Below are positions 1-10,385 of a stretch of 64,000 nucleotides of DNA, piece by piece. The notes below the pieces were generated by a model. It had not been told where the DNA came from and did not search any database. It was given only the letters and a program-made list of their open reading frames with translations. Each line of letters opens with the position of its first letter. Within the stretch, counting starts at the first letter, position 1. A program made the position numbers and the translations under genes. Source of the DNA: Mobula hypostoma (Eukaryota); contig NC_086097.1 of NCBI RefSeq assembly GCF_963921235.1, forward strand, positions 29,018,001-29,082,000, read 5' to 3'.

Positions 1-94
1 GATCACACGACCACACACACACACACACAAACACAACTCCGGAATCACACCGCCACACACACACACACACACACACAACTCCGGGATCACACCG

Positions 95-128
<34 letters not shown>

Positions 129-152
129 CCACCCCTCCGGGATCACACCGTC
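1..152. repeat. Compound minisatellite, unit ~GGGATCACACCGC(CA)n-ACTCC, about 4 copies
   Basis: GATCACAC units begin near 1, 41, 83 and 139, separated by (CA)n tracts; may extend left of the window. Confidence 0.9.
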
Positions 153-540
153 GTGCCCGTCGCGTCGACCAACAAAGCGGCGGCCGCGGCGCATGCTCGG
201 TGCGGCGGCATGGTGGGCTCCTTGCTGTGTTATGTGTTGGCGCCGCTCGCCACTCTCCTCAGCCGGATCACAGGTGGGTGGCGGCTGGGGCCGGGACCGG
301 GATCGCTCTGCGAGCGGGAGGGTGGCTGACGGACCTGGCAACTCCGGCTGGGTGTGACTCTCTCCGCTTCCAGCTCTGTTTTCGGCCGCCCGGGCCAGTT
401 GCCCCGTGCGCCGTTTGGGTTGAGGCCTGGCCTCGGGGTATCCCGGGATCTTATCCCCTCCCTCCCTCCCTCCCTCCCCACTCCTTTCACCATCACCGAC
501 TACGTCCCCGTCACCGTCCCGCCTTCCATCTCCCGGTTCC
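140..540 (+). promoter_or_regulatory. CpG-island promoter / first-exon region of ANGEL1
   Basis: High GC and dense CpG around the start codon, against a CpG-poor background in most of the window; NRF1-like GCGCATGCTC at 189-198. Confidence 0.7.
210..273 (+). CDS. ANGEL1: ANGEL1 coding exon 1 (MVGSLLCYVLAPLATLLSRIT-G)
   Basis: ATG at 210 in strong Kozak context (GGCATGG); peptide resembles the vertebrate ANGEL1 N-terminus as I recall it (MIASCLCYLL...); donor CAG|GTGGGT, phase 1, matches exon 2. Confidence 0.85.
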
Positions 541-1185
541 CTTGGTCCCCTTCCCCCCCGACCTTTTCAAATCCTCTGCCCTGCCTCCTCACACTCCTCA
601 TCCTTACCCCCGCACCCTCCTCACCCCACACCCCCCTCACTTCCTCACCCAGCTCACTCCTATCGCTCCCGAACCCCCTTATTTTTCACGGAAGTTAACA
701 AAAGGTGCAGAAATGGAGAGAAATTGCCAAGTAATGGGAAAAAATAATGTAAACACGAGGAATTCTGTAGATAATGTTATCGTTTGTATCGGGATATGTC
801 TGCAAAAGTAGATAGGTTAAACTTTAACTTGTGAAAACACATCTGGAGTGTTATGTACAGTATTGACATTCTTATTAAAGATGTTCTTATGAAAAGGTGG
901 ATTAGTGATCTCAGTGTACCTCAGTCTGGGATTGCTCCTTATTGTCTACCTGTACTGCACCTTATTCTGCATTTTGATACTGTTTTCTTGTGTGTTACCT
1001 CAATGCACTTTGGAATGCCATGATCTGTATGTATGGCATGTTTTTCCCTGTATCTCTGTACATGTAACAATAATAAATCTACCAGTTTGCCGATTTTACC
1101 AACTTAATTGCTATTGGTTTATTACAGAGATACAGCGAAACGTTTTTGTTTGTGTGCCATGCATTCGGATTATGCTCTATACTAT

Positions 1186-1480
1186 ACACAAAATGTTGGA
1201 GAAACTCAGCAAGTCAAGCAGCATCTATGGAGAGAAATGTGTTTCAGGCTGAGACCCTTCATCAGGACCCCTGATGAAGGGTCTCAGCCTGAAAGGTCAA
1301 CTATTTAGTCCTGACGAAGGGTCTCGGCCTGAAACGTCGACTGCGCCTCTTCCTATAGATGCTGCTTGGCCTGCTGCGTTCACCAGCAACTTTGATGTAT
1401 GTTATTTCCTCCTTAGATTGATTTGCTGAGTTCCTCCAGCATTTTGTGTGTATTGCTCAGATTTGCAGCTTCTGTGTTTA
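1186..1480. mobile_element. Palindromic Penelope pseudo-LTR-derived element with a younger copy (1307-1402) nested inside
   Basis: Inverted arms around a perfect 25-bp hairpin 1242-1266/1270-1294; the nested insert is flanked by TATTT (1302-1306, 1403-1407). Confidence 0.7.
1307..1342 (+). ncRNA. Minimal type I hammerhead ribozyme (Penelope-associated class)
   Basis: AGTC-CTGACGA-AGG-GTCTCGG-CCT-GAAA-CG-TC/GACT: stem I AGTC:GACT, core CUGANGA and GAAA, stem II AGG:CCT, palindromic ACGT in place of stem III, GUC cleavage triplet ending at 1338. Confidence 0.8.
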
Positions 1481-4329
1481 AGATCATTCCTTATGTAAGT
1501 ACATTGAGGTAGCAAAATGAAAAACAGCGTGCAGGAACAGCTGTAGCTACAGGAAAAAGTGCAGTGCAGGTAAAGAGTGCAAAGGCCGTGACAAGGTAGA
1601 TTGGGGGTTCAAAGTGCTAATGCAGGTACAGTACAGCAAGCAAGTAGGAAAACCTGCAGAATGTTATCCACTGTATTCAGAAGATTTGCAAAGTTAGAGA
1701 GGTTATACTTGCTTCAGGTACTGGTAAGAACATATCTTGAGTACTTTGTTCAGTTTGATCCTATTTAAGGAAGTGTGTATATGTGTTGGAAGCAGTTCCA
1801 AGATGTTTTACTGCACTAAATCCTGGAATGTATAAAGAGTCATAGAGCACTACAGCACAAAAACAGGCCCTTCGACTCATCTAATCCATGCTGAGTTCTA
1901 CCTAGTCCCATTAATCTGTACCTGGGCCATAGCCCTCCCATCCATGTACTTATCTAAACTTCTCTTAAATGTTGCAGTCAAATCTGCATATACCACTTCC
2001 ACCGGCAGCTCGTTCCACATTCACACCACCCTCTGAGTGAAGAAGTTCGCCCTCAGGTTTCCTTTAAACATTTCGCCTATCACCCTTAAGCTATGACCTT
2101 AAAATTAGGTTCTAGTCTCACTTAACCTCAATGGAAAAGCCTGCTTGTGTTTACCTTGTCGATACCCCTCATAATCTTGTGAGGAAATGTTTGATAGGCT
2201 GGAGGCTTAGCTGCTCAAGATCAGGATTGCAAGAAAGGATTTGATTGAAATATATGATCCTGAAAGGGAGGATGTGGAGACGATATTTTCCTTTTTCCCT
2301 TGGAGGAAAATCTCGATCACTGTTCAAACATATGTGGTCATCCGTATATAATGACATATAAGATAATTTGACATCTCACCCTAAGCATGGGCTTTTTACT
2401 CTCCTCCCATCCGGTAGGTGCTACAGGAGCCTCTGCTCCCGCACCAGCAGGCACAGGAAGAGCTTCTTCCCTGAGGCTGTGACCCTGCTGAACCTCTCAT
2501 CACAGCGCTAAGCAATATTGCATCCATATTGTACTGTCTCAGTACTTTGATATCTGCGTGCTGTAGCACTTTTTATTTGCAGTTATTTTGTAAATAACAG
2601 TATTCTTTGCATTTCTGGTCAGATGCTGACTGCATTTCATTGGCTTTGTATCTGTACTTAGCACAATGATAATAAAGTTGAATTTAATCTAATCCAAATC
2701 TAATAATATATACAAGTGATGCTGGAAATCCAAAGCAATACACCCAGTGCTAGAGGAGCTGAGCAAGTCAGGCAGCATCTATGGAGGGGAACTATAAACT
2801 ATTTTTTTCCGCACTTGAGGCTATTTGGAACTCTTCCATTAAGGGTGATGGAAGGAGTGACAGTCAACATTTTTATAGCAGGGGTAGACATAGGTGAGGG
2901 GTGAGAGGATGAATGGAAGAAATATGGAGTGTTATATGCACAAGAATATGTATGCACAGGTAAAATGAAAAAACTTGCAGCAGGCACATAGTATCAGAAA
3001 AGCAGTATCTGCAAAAGAAATATAAAATCATACTTTTTTTAAAACAAGAAAGAACTCATTCAGATCAAAGTTCGAAGTACTTTTAATATCAAAGTACGTG
3101 TACTGTATACAACTTTGAGATTCATCTCCTTACAGGCAGCCACAAAACAAAAAAAAACCAATAGAATGCATTGAAAAAAAGACCACCAAACACCAAATGT
3201 GCAGGGAAAAAAATAGTGCAAACAATAAAAGTGAGCAAATAACATTTGGACCTGAAATTCATAAAAGTAAGTCCACAGCCACAAAGACAGCCATCATTGC
3301 AAACAATCCAGGAGCCCGTTAGTTGCAGGCCACAGCCTCAGTTCAGTGCAGAGGTGAGTAAACCTTGCAGAGCAGTAAGCTGAAAACCGACCCATCCCTT
3401 GCCGCCAGCCTTGACTCCTTGCCCTTTCCAATCTGGCCCGGTGCTTAAGTCAGCCAAGCAGTTCCTTGCTCTCGGACCTGGACCCCGCTGCTTCAATGTG
3501 CTCTCGGCTCTTGGCTCTGAGACCTGCCGCCTCGATTCAGCCCATACCCGAACTTTCCAATTTGGTCTAGCGCTTAAATCGGTGTCACCTCAGCTCGGTC
3601 CTTGCTCTTGGGCCTGGGAGCCATTGCCTCGACTCTACCTTGCCTCAGTTCTGCCATTTCAAATCACCTCCAAGTCCACTCCAGCAATGGCCAAACATTG
3701 GCTCGTTTCCCACTCTCGGGCCCAGGCCCAGGCCTGGCTGCCTCAACTTGGCCCGCACATGCTACGCCGCAACCATTCTACACTTTGGAGACCTAAGTTC
3801 ATACTGCAAATATGCCAGGTCTTACAGGTGGTTCAAAAGTTCAGCTGAAAGGGAGGTTACAGGCTATTGATCGTAGTGTTTGTTTCTGAGAAAAGGTGTG
3901 ATTAATAAAGTAATTAATAGTTGTTTTTGCTGCCAGCAAGTCATTGCTGTGCTTCACCAGCACCGTCTTAAATCAGAAACCGGGAGGTTCATTATTGTAC
4001 AAAAAGTTGTTGTAATGTTTCTACGCTGAGGTAGGGATCAGGGTTGTGCAGGTTGTTTCAAGAACTAAATGGTTGAAGGAAGGTTGTTGTTCTTGAAGCT
4101 GGTTGTGTGGGAGTTCGGGCTTCTATGCCTTCTGCCCGTTTACAGCTGCATGAAGATGGCATGGCCCATGTCCCGGGTGGTAGGGATCATTTATAGATGT
4201 TGGCTTCTTAAGGCAGCAGCTCATGTAGATATTTACAAGAAGTTGCAATTAGTTAATGGATCAGGTTGATTTTACTAAATGACAGAGTAGGCTTGAGGAG
4301 CTACTCCTAAGTTTGTGTGCTCGTGTAAC

Positions 4330-5085
4330 TTTTTAATGCTCAAATGTAAGGGGAGAATATACTGTGAGAGGCAGGACACTTGGGACCACTGATGTGCAGA
4401 GCGCAAGTCTGTAGCTCAGTGAACATGACAACACAAGTTACCTCTTCCTAGAGATGCTGCCTGGCCTGCTGCGTTCACCAGCAACTTTGATGTGTAAAGG
4501 TGGCATATGGTATGCTTGCCTTCATCTGTCAGGACAATGAGTACACAAGTCAGGAAGTCATGTTGTAGCTGGATGAAACTTTGGTTAGGCCACGTTTGGA
4601 GTACAGTGTGCAGTTCTGGCCACCTCATTAGAGGAAGGATATAAAGGCTTTGGAGAGGGTGCAGAAGAGGTTCATCAGCATGCTGTCTGGATTAGAGAGT
4701 GTGAGTTATGTGGAGAGGTTAGACAAATTTGCATTGTTTCCTTTGTAGTGTCAGAGGCTGAGGGAAGATCTGATAGAGCTTTATAAATCTAAGAGATATG
4801 GATGGGGTAGATAGAATCTTTCCCAGGATGGAAATGTCAAATACCAGAGGACATCACAGGGTAGATTTTGTTACACCAAGTGCTGGAAGCCTGGAATATA
4901 TTGCCAGGGATGGTAGTGGAAGACATGATGGTGGCATTTACAAGGCATTTAGATAGATACACAAATATGCAGGGAATGGAGGAATCTGGATTGTGTACAA
5001 GCAGATTGGATTAGTTTAATTTGGCATTATGGTAAACACGCACCGTGGACTGAAAGGCCTGTTTCTGGGCTGTACTGTACTATAA
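4330..5085 (+). mobile_element. CR1 LINE 3' fragment, with a short Penelope-derived insert at 4439-4495
   Basis: Degenerate LVRPHLEYSVQFWPPH...ALERVQKRF coding similarity and CR1-type 3' end. Confidence 0.75.
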
Positions 5086-6106
5086 GGACTTGTGGAAAAC
5101 TAAGAGGATGAAAGTGTTATGTCTGTAGAGCTTTGGCTGGAGGGCGACACTGTAGTGTAGTGGTTAATGCATCACTTTGTAGTGCTTTTCAATTCCTGCC
5201 GCTGCATGTAAGAAGTCTGTACGTTCTCCCCGAGACCGTGTGGGTTTCCAGCTTCCTCCCAGTACATACACGTATGGTTAGTGTTGGTGAGGTGTGGGAA
5301 CGCTATGTTGGTGCAGGAAGCATGGCAACACTTGCAGGTGACACAACAGAATCCTTGCTGATCTGATTTGAAACAAAATAACTCATTTCACTGTATGTTT
5401 TCATATACTTGTGACAAATAAAGCTGATCTTTACGTTTGGAATTAGGATTGTTTGGCAGCCTTGTTTCATGGTGGGATATCACTGCACTATCAGATGTGT
5501 TCTTGGATGTAATGTCAGTCGGAGCCTTTACTTATTAAGTTTGATGTCAGGAAATCTGTAATGAGGAAGGGGTGCTTTGGTTGAGATGAACCTTGACTTT
5601 TTGAAGGATCTTATTTAAGAGGGGGATCTAAGGAGTTTTAATAGCGTGGTCCAGGGAAAACCTCAGTGAGAGACAGTGTAGTGAAACGTGTGCTTGCTAG
5701 GAAATCTTTGAAAAAAAAACAATACTTAACATTGTAAGAGCAAGATGGAGAGTTTTTAAATTAGGAGGTAAATTTTTCTGATGATCGGAATTTACGGAAT
5801 CATTGAAACTTAATGGCATTTGGGTGTTACTGAACTCTGCTTTGTAGTCTTGTATAGCAGTGGAATTTTTAATGCCTCCAGCTTTCATTTGGAGAATGAG
5901 TTCTGAATACACATTGCCCTCTGGGTGAAAATATTTTCTTTCAATTTCCCTCACACCAATTTACTTTTTTAATTCCCTTAAATACTTCCTTACAGTGACT
6001 AATGTGTCTTTTCTGTTTACTTGTGTATTGGCACTCAATTTCCATTAGTAATTTTTAAAAGTGCTTATACAAATGTAAAGGTTCATTTGCATGATTTATT
6101 TCTCAG

Positions 6107-6766
6107 GTCCCCACGTTGATGATGACACTGAGAAAGAACGTCCAGAGGATTCGTGCTTGGAAACTGATGAAGTATCTGGCAGTGGTTCCGCTTCATGGTT
6201 CCCACTTAGCAAAGACCAAAGTCTTCTGCTCCAGGATTGGCTAGGCGTGCCAAGTCCAGTTTCAGTAGAGGAGAAGGGCACAAGTGCCGATGCTGATCAG
6301 GTCCCCCAGCGTTCTCTGACAGAGATCCTGGAGGCAGAAGAAGCCGCCATGACATGGCAGCAAGCGAGAAGCAGGCCAACAGTGGGCCCGCAGGTGGATC
6401 CGTGCCCAGTTGCTGCAGACCAGGGGAACACTGAGGACCAGGGGACATCTCCACCAGACACCTCCGTGAGCTGGCCACCCTCCCTTCCACAGGGTGCAAA
6501 GAGGGAGACCCCAGGTTGGATGCCAGCATCTCCCCAGAGTGCAGTTAGGGTCCTCCGACCCCCTCCGACTAGGTGGCAGTTCCACCCTCAGCAGTATGAC
6601 CACCAGGACGTGGGCACGACTGATTGGCAGTTGATGGCATCGCACAGCATGAGCCAGCCTGGTGGCAGCCCGATGTGGCACATGTCCACTGCATTAGGTG
6701 TGAATGAAGCATCAGCAAATACACTGTGGCAGTTCCAAAATGAAGGGGATCTTCTGATGAACATAG
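6107..6766 (+). CDS. ANGEL1: ANGEL1 exon 2 (660 nt, acidic/Pro/Ser-rich, probably disordered N-terminal region)
   Basis: Acceptor TTTATTTCTCAG; open frame (ORF 6091-6807); donor ATAG|GTGAGA, phase 1, joins exon 3 in frame. Confidence 0.8.
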
Positions 6767-9375
6767 GTGAGAAGATCAATAGTTCGAAGGTAATTCATAG
6801 AACATAGAACAGTATAGCACAGTAAAGACCCTTCAGTCCAAAATGTTCTGCTGACATATTAACTTCATCCCAAGATCAATCTAACCCTTCCCTCTCACGT
6901 AGCCCACCATGAGATGGTGTTGCAATTTGATGGTTTTGTTGATTCTGTTAATTAAATAGCTTGAGTTTAAATCCCAATACTGACACTGACTGTATAAAGA
7001 TGGCTTATGTTGAGATACTTAGTTGCTGAATAAGTAGGCTTCGAGTTTTCAGTGATTTGGTATTTTACTTTATCTTCTCGTTATCGTTGGTAAGTAATTA
7101 AGTCAAATTGAAGTTTTTGTCAGGTAAGCACAGGTCCAGTGAAAAATTTGCAGCATTACAGGCACATAGCATCGGATAGACAACGTTCACAAGAAAAACA
7201 AAAAGACAACTTCAAAAAGAGAGTTTTTACAAGAAAGAGCACAATTAGAACAAACAAAGTCTATTTTAATGCAAAATGATCTTAGTGTTGCTAAACTGTA
7301 GTCATTAAGATTGCGTATTAGTGTTGTTCAACAATGAATGGTTGAAGGGAAGTAGCTGTTCCTGAATCTGGTGGTGTGGGACTTCAGGCTTCTGTACCTC
7401 ATGCCCGATGGTAGCTGTGAGAAGGTGGCATGGCCCAGATGGTGGGGATCTATGATAGCTATTGCCTTCTTAAAAAAAACACCTTCTGTAGATACTACGG
7501 ATGGTGGGGAGAGATGTATTGGGCTGAGTCCACTGCTCTCTGCAGCTTCTCACATTCCTGTGCCTTCAAACTTCCATAGGAGACTATGATACAACCAGTC
7601 AGGAAACTTCAAACAGTCTATCTGTAGAAGTTTGTTAGAGCACTCGGTGACAAGCTGAGCTCCCTTAACCTCCTAAAGAATATGCTCCTAGATCTTTACT
7701 TTCCTGTGATAGATCCAGAGATCAATCAAGGAGTCCCTGGAATGTAAACCATAACCATGCTCCCATGACAGTCTCCTGATTTTCCTTAGCTTCCTGAATA
7801 CTAAGGAAATTCAGTATTCAATTTGGGCCAAAACTTGAGCTGTAACCCAAGAAGAAGTTTAACATGGGATAGATAAATGACATTGCAATGGAAAATAAGG
7901 TAAATACAATTCAAATTATGTCATGATCAGCAATTCACCAGATACTTGAAAGCTGATTGCTCAATTATTACATGGTTCAAAATACCTTGGAATCCAAAGA
8001 GTTGAGAATTTTTCCTGACTGGGAATAGAAGATATGCTTTTAATTACAATTAAAGGTATGTCTTGTGCCCCCCATCAAAATCAGAGTGCCAAAGGTTTTG
8101 GAGAGAAGGCAGGAGAATGGGGTTTAGAGGGAAAATAAATCAGCCATCATTGAGTGGCAGAGCAGACTTGATGGGCCAAATGATTAATTCTGCTCCTATC
8201 ACTTACGGTCTAAACGATAATTGGCTCAGAATGCCTAGGAAGTGGTTAGCTGAGTAGCAATTGCTTTACAGCACCAGTGATCTCAGTTTGGGATTTGATT
8301 CCCGCCACTGTGCGGAGTTTGTATGCTCCCCCTGTGGCCACGTTGGTTCCCTCCAGGTGCTCCAACATCCCACGGGTCAGGGTTAGTGACTTGTGGGCAT
8401 ACTTTGTTGTTACCGGAAGCATGGTGACGCTTGTGGGCTGCCCCCAGCACAATTCTCACTGATTTGATTTGACACAAAATGACACAATTCACTGTATGGT
8501 TTAATGTGCCTGTGACAAATGAAGCTAATCTTTAATCCCAGGGATATATTCTTCACAGAGTACTGCCTTATAAACCAACTCTGCTTGGAGTCACCGTGTG
8601 TCTTGCATCTGTTAAATGTATCAGTATTCTTGACTGGCCTCATTTCTGGCCAGATAGCTGAGACAGGCCTTTGAAGAGTCCCATGCTGGTCAGACCGTCA
8701 CATTCTCATCAGCATTCCTCTGACATTCCAGCACTCACCTACACACGAAGGGCAATCTGCAGCATGTAACAAACATACCAACCTCTACGCCTTTCACCCA
8801 AATGAACCTCACGCAGTCATAGGGGGAACAGATAGCATCCAAGCTCAGGATTGAAGCTGGGTTGTTGGGGCTGTGATGCAGTGACTCCATCAGCTGCACC
8901 TTTGTGCTGCCCACGATGATAATCACCTGGTCTGTAGCTTTTCTATGCCTTTGGCAGGGGGTGGCGGGGTGAGAATCGACCTTACTTAGAAAGGAAAAGA
9001 AGAAAATTTTGCTTTATTTGTCACATGTACTGTACATGGAAACGTTCAGTGAAAAGCATTGTTTTTGCATCAAATTAAATCAATGAGGATTATACTGGGC
9101 AGCCTACAAATGCCACCATGCTTCCAGAACCAACAAAGCATGCCCACATTAAAGGTAAATGTTATGAACCTTTACTGTATGGTTTAGGAATGTGGGAAGG
9201 AAACCAGAGCACCAGGAGGAATCCCACACGATTACAGGGAGAGCCCCAATCTTACGGTTAGCTAACAGCTATGATACGTGTTTATTAAAATGCACTCTCA
9301 GAACCATTGACAGCGTAAATTATTCCTGTTCCTTTGCTGAGTCTGGGGGTCACTGATGGTTTGGTTCTCTCCCAG

Positions 9376-9593
9376 GCCAACTAACCAGAACGTGGGAGCC
9401 TTTAAAGAAACAGCGTGCGGATGAAGCCAGTAAAGGCAGCCTGTTTGAGTTCACCATCATGTCATACAATATCCTATCACAGGATCTTCTGGAGACTAAT
9501 AAAGGTCTCTACTCTCACTGCCAGCCGGAGTTTCTGACCTGGGAATTTCGATTCCAGAATATTATGGAGGAGTTTGAGTCCTGGGATGCTGAT
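9376..9593 (+). CDS. ANGEL1: ANGEL1 exon 3 (start of EEP domain: FEFTIMSYNILSQDLL...LTWEFRFQNIMEEFESWDAD)
   Basis: Acceptor TTCTCTCCCAG; donor GAT|GTGAGT; CCR4/Angel motif SYNILSQ. Confidence 0.95.
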
Positions 9594-9779
9594 GTGAGTA
9601 CACCAGAAATAATCAATGCTCATTAACCATCTTGAATGATCAACAGTTCTTATGCTCTCTAGAATCCTAGAAAATTTGCAATGTTAAAGAAGCCTATTCA
9701 CCACAAAAGACCCACCCAGCCTAATACCACCTTCCAATGCTTAGGCTGCTTAAGGCCCTACATGGTCCTTCTGGGAGAG

Positions 9780-10385
9780 ACTGTCCACATGTGAATCCAT
9801 TGGAGTTAGTTATTATAACCAGTGCTCCTGGTGTGATCTCCTCTACATTGGAGAGCCTTGATATAGGTTGAGGGATTGCTTCATTGAGCACCTTTGCTGT
9901 ATCCACTGTACCAGCCAGGATCTCCTGGTGGAATTTAATTTCATCTCATTCCCACATCAACATGTCTGCCCACAGCCTCCTCTAAGGCAAAGTTGTGGTC
10001 AGACAGGGATTAGAAGTATAGCACCACATAATCTGCCTTGGTAGTCCCCAAACTGATGTTAATTGCTCTAATTTACAGTAAACATTCCCCTCTTTTCCAC
10101 TCTACCTTCCTCCACACCCATCAGCCCATTTCTTTCCCCTCCCACAAGTTTCCCTGCCCACCTGCTTTCCTTTCTTTCATTGTCCACTCTCCTCTCCTAT
10201 CAGATTCCGTCTTCTTCAGTCCCCTGTCACTTCTATCTGTTATCTCTGTTTCTTGTGTCATTTCCACTCTTTTCTCACCCCCCCCCCACCACACTTGCCT
10301 GTCTTCCCTCTCTTACCTGAAACATCGACTGTCCATTTCCTTCCATAGATGCTGCCTGGCCCGCTGAGTTCCTCCACCACTGGAT
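9780..10385 (+). mobile_element. Degenerate Penelope-like element 3' part (GIY-YIG remnant plus terminal repeat)
   Basis: Sequence parallels 26744-27270 (TGCTCCTGGTGTGATCTCCTCTACATTGGAGAG; CCTGAAACATCGACTG...GATGCTGCCTGGCCCGCTGAGTTCC). Confidence 0.6.

Noticed and set aside
1..152. CRISPR-like repeat-spacer array
   Set aside because: Spacers are simple (CA)n, the context is a eukaryotic spliced gene, and no cas genes are present.
87..811. Long ORFs over the CpG island (200-811, 354-698, 87-341, 230-496)
   Set aside because: Products of GC-rich, low-complexity sequence; the real coding part is the 64-nt exon 210-273 in a different frame.
6206..6779. Antisense ORFs overlapping exon 2
   Set aside because: Shadows of a GC-rich coding exon with no recognisable motifs.
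6767..6807. Extension of exon 2 to the donor-like AAG|GTAATT at 6789 or to the ORF stop at 6807
   Set aside because: The 6789 donor is phase 0 and would frameshift exon 3; only 6766 keeps the frame.
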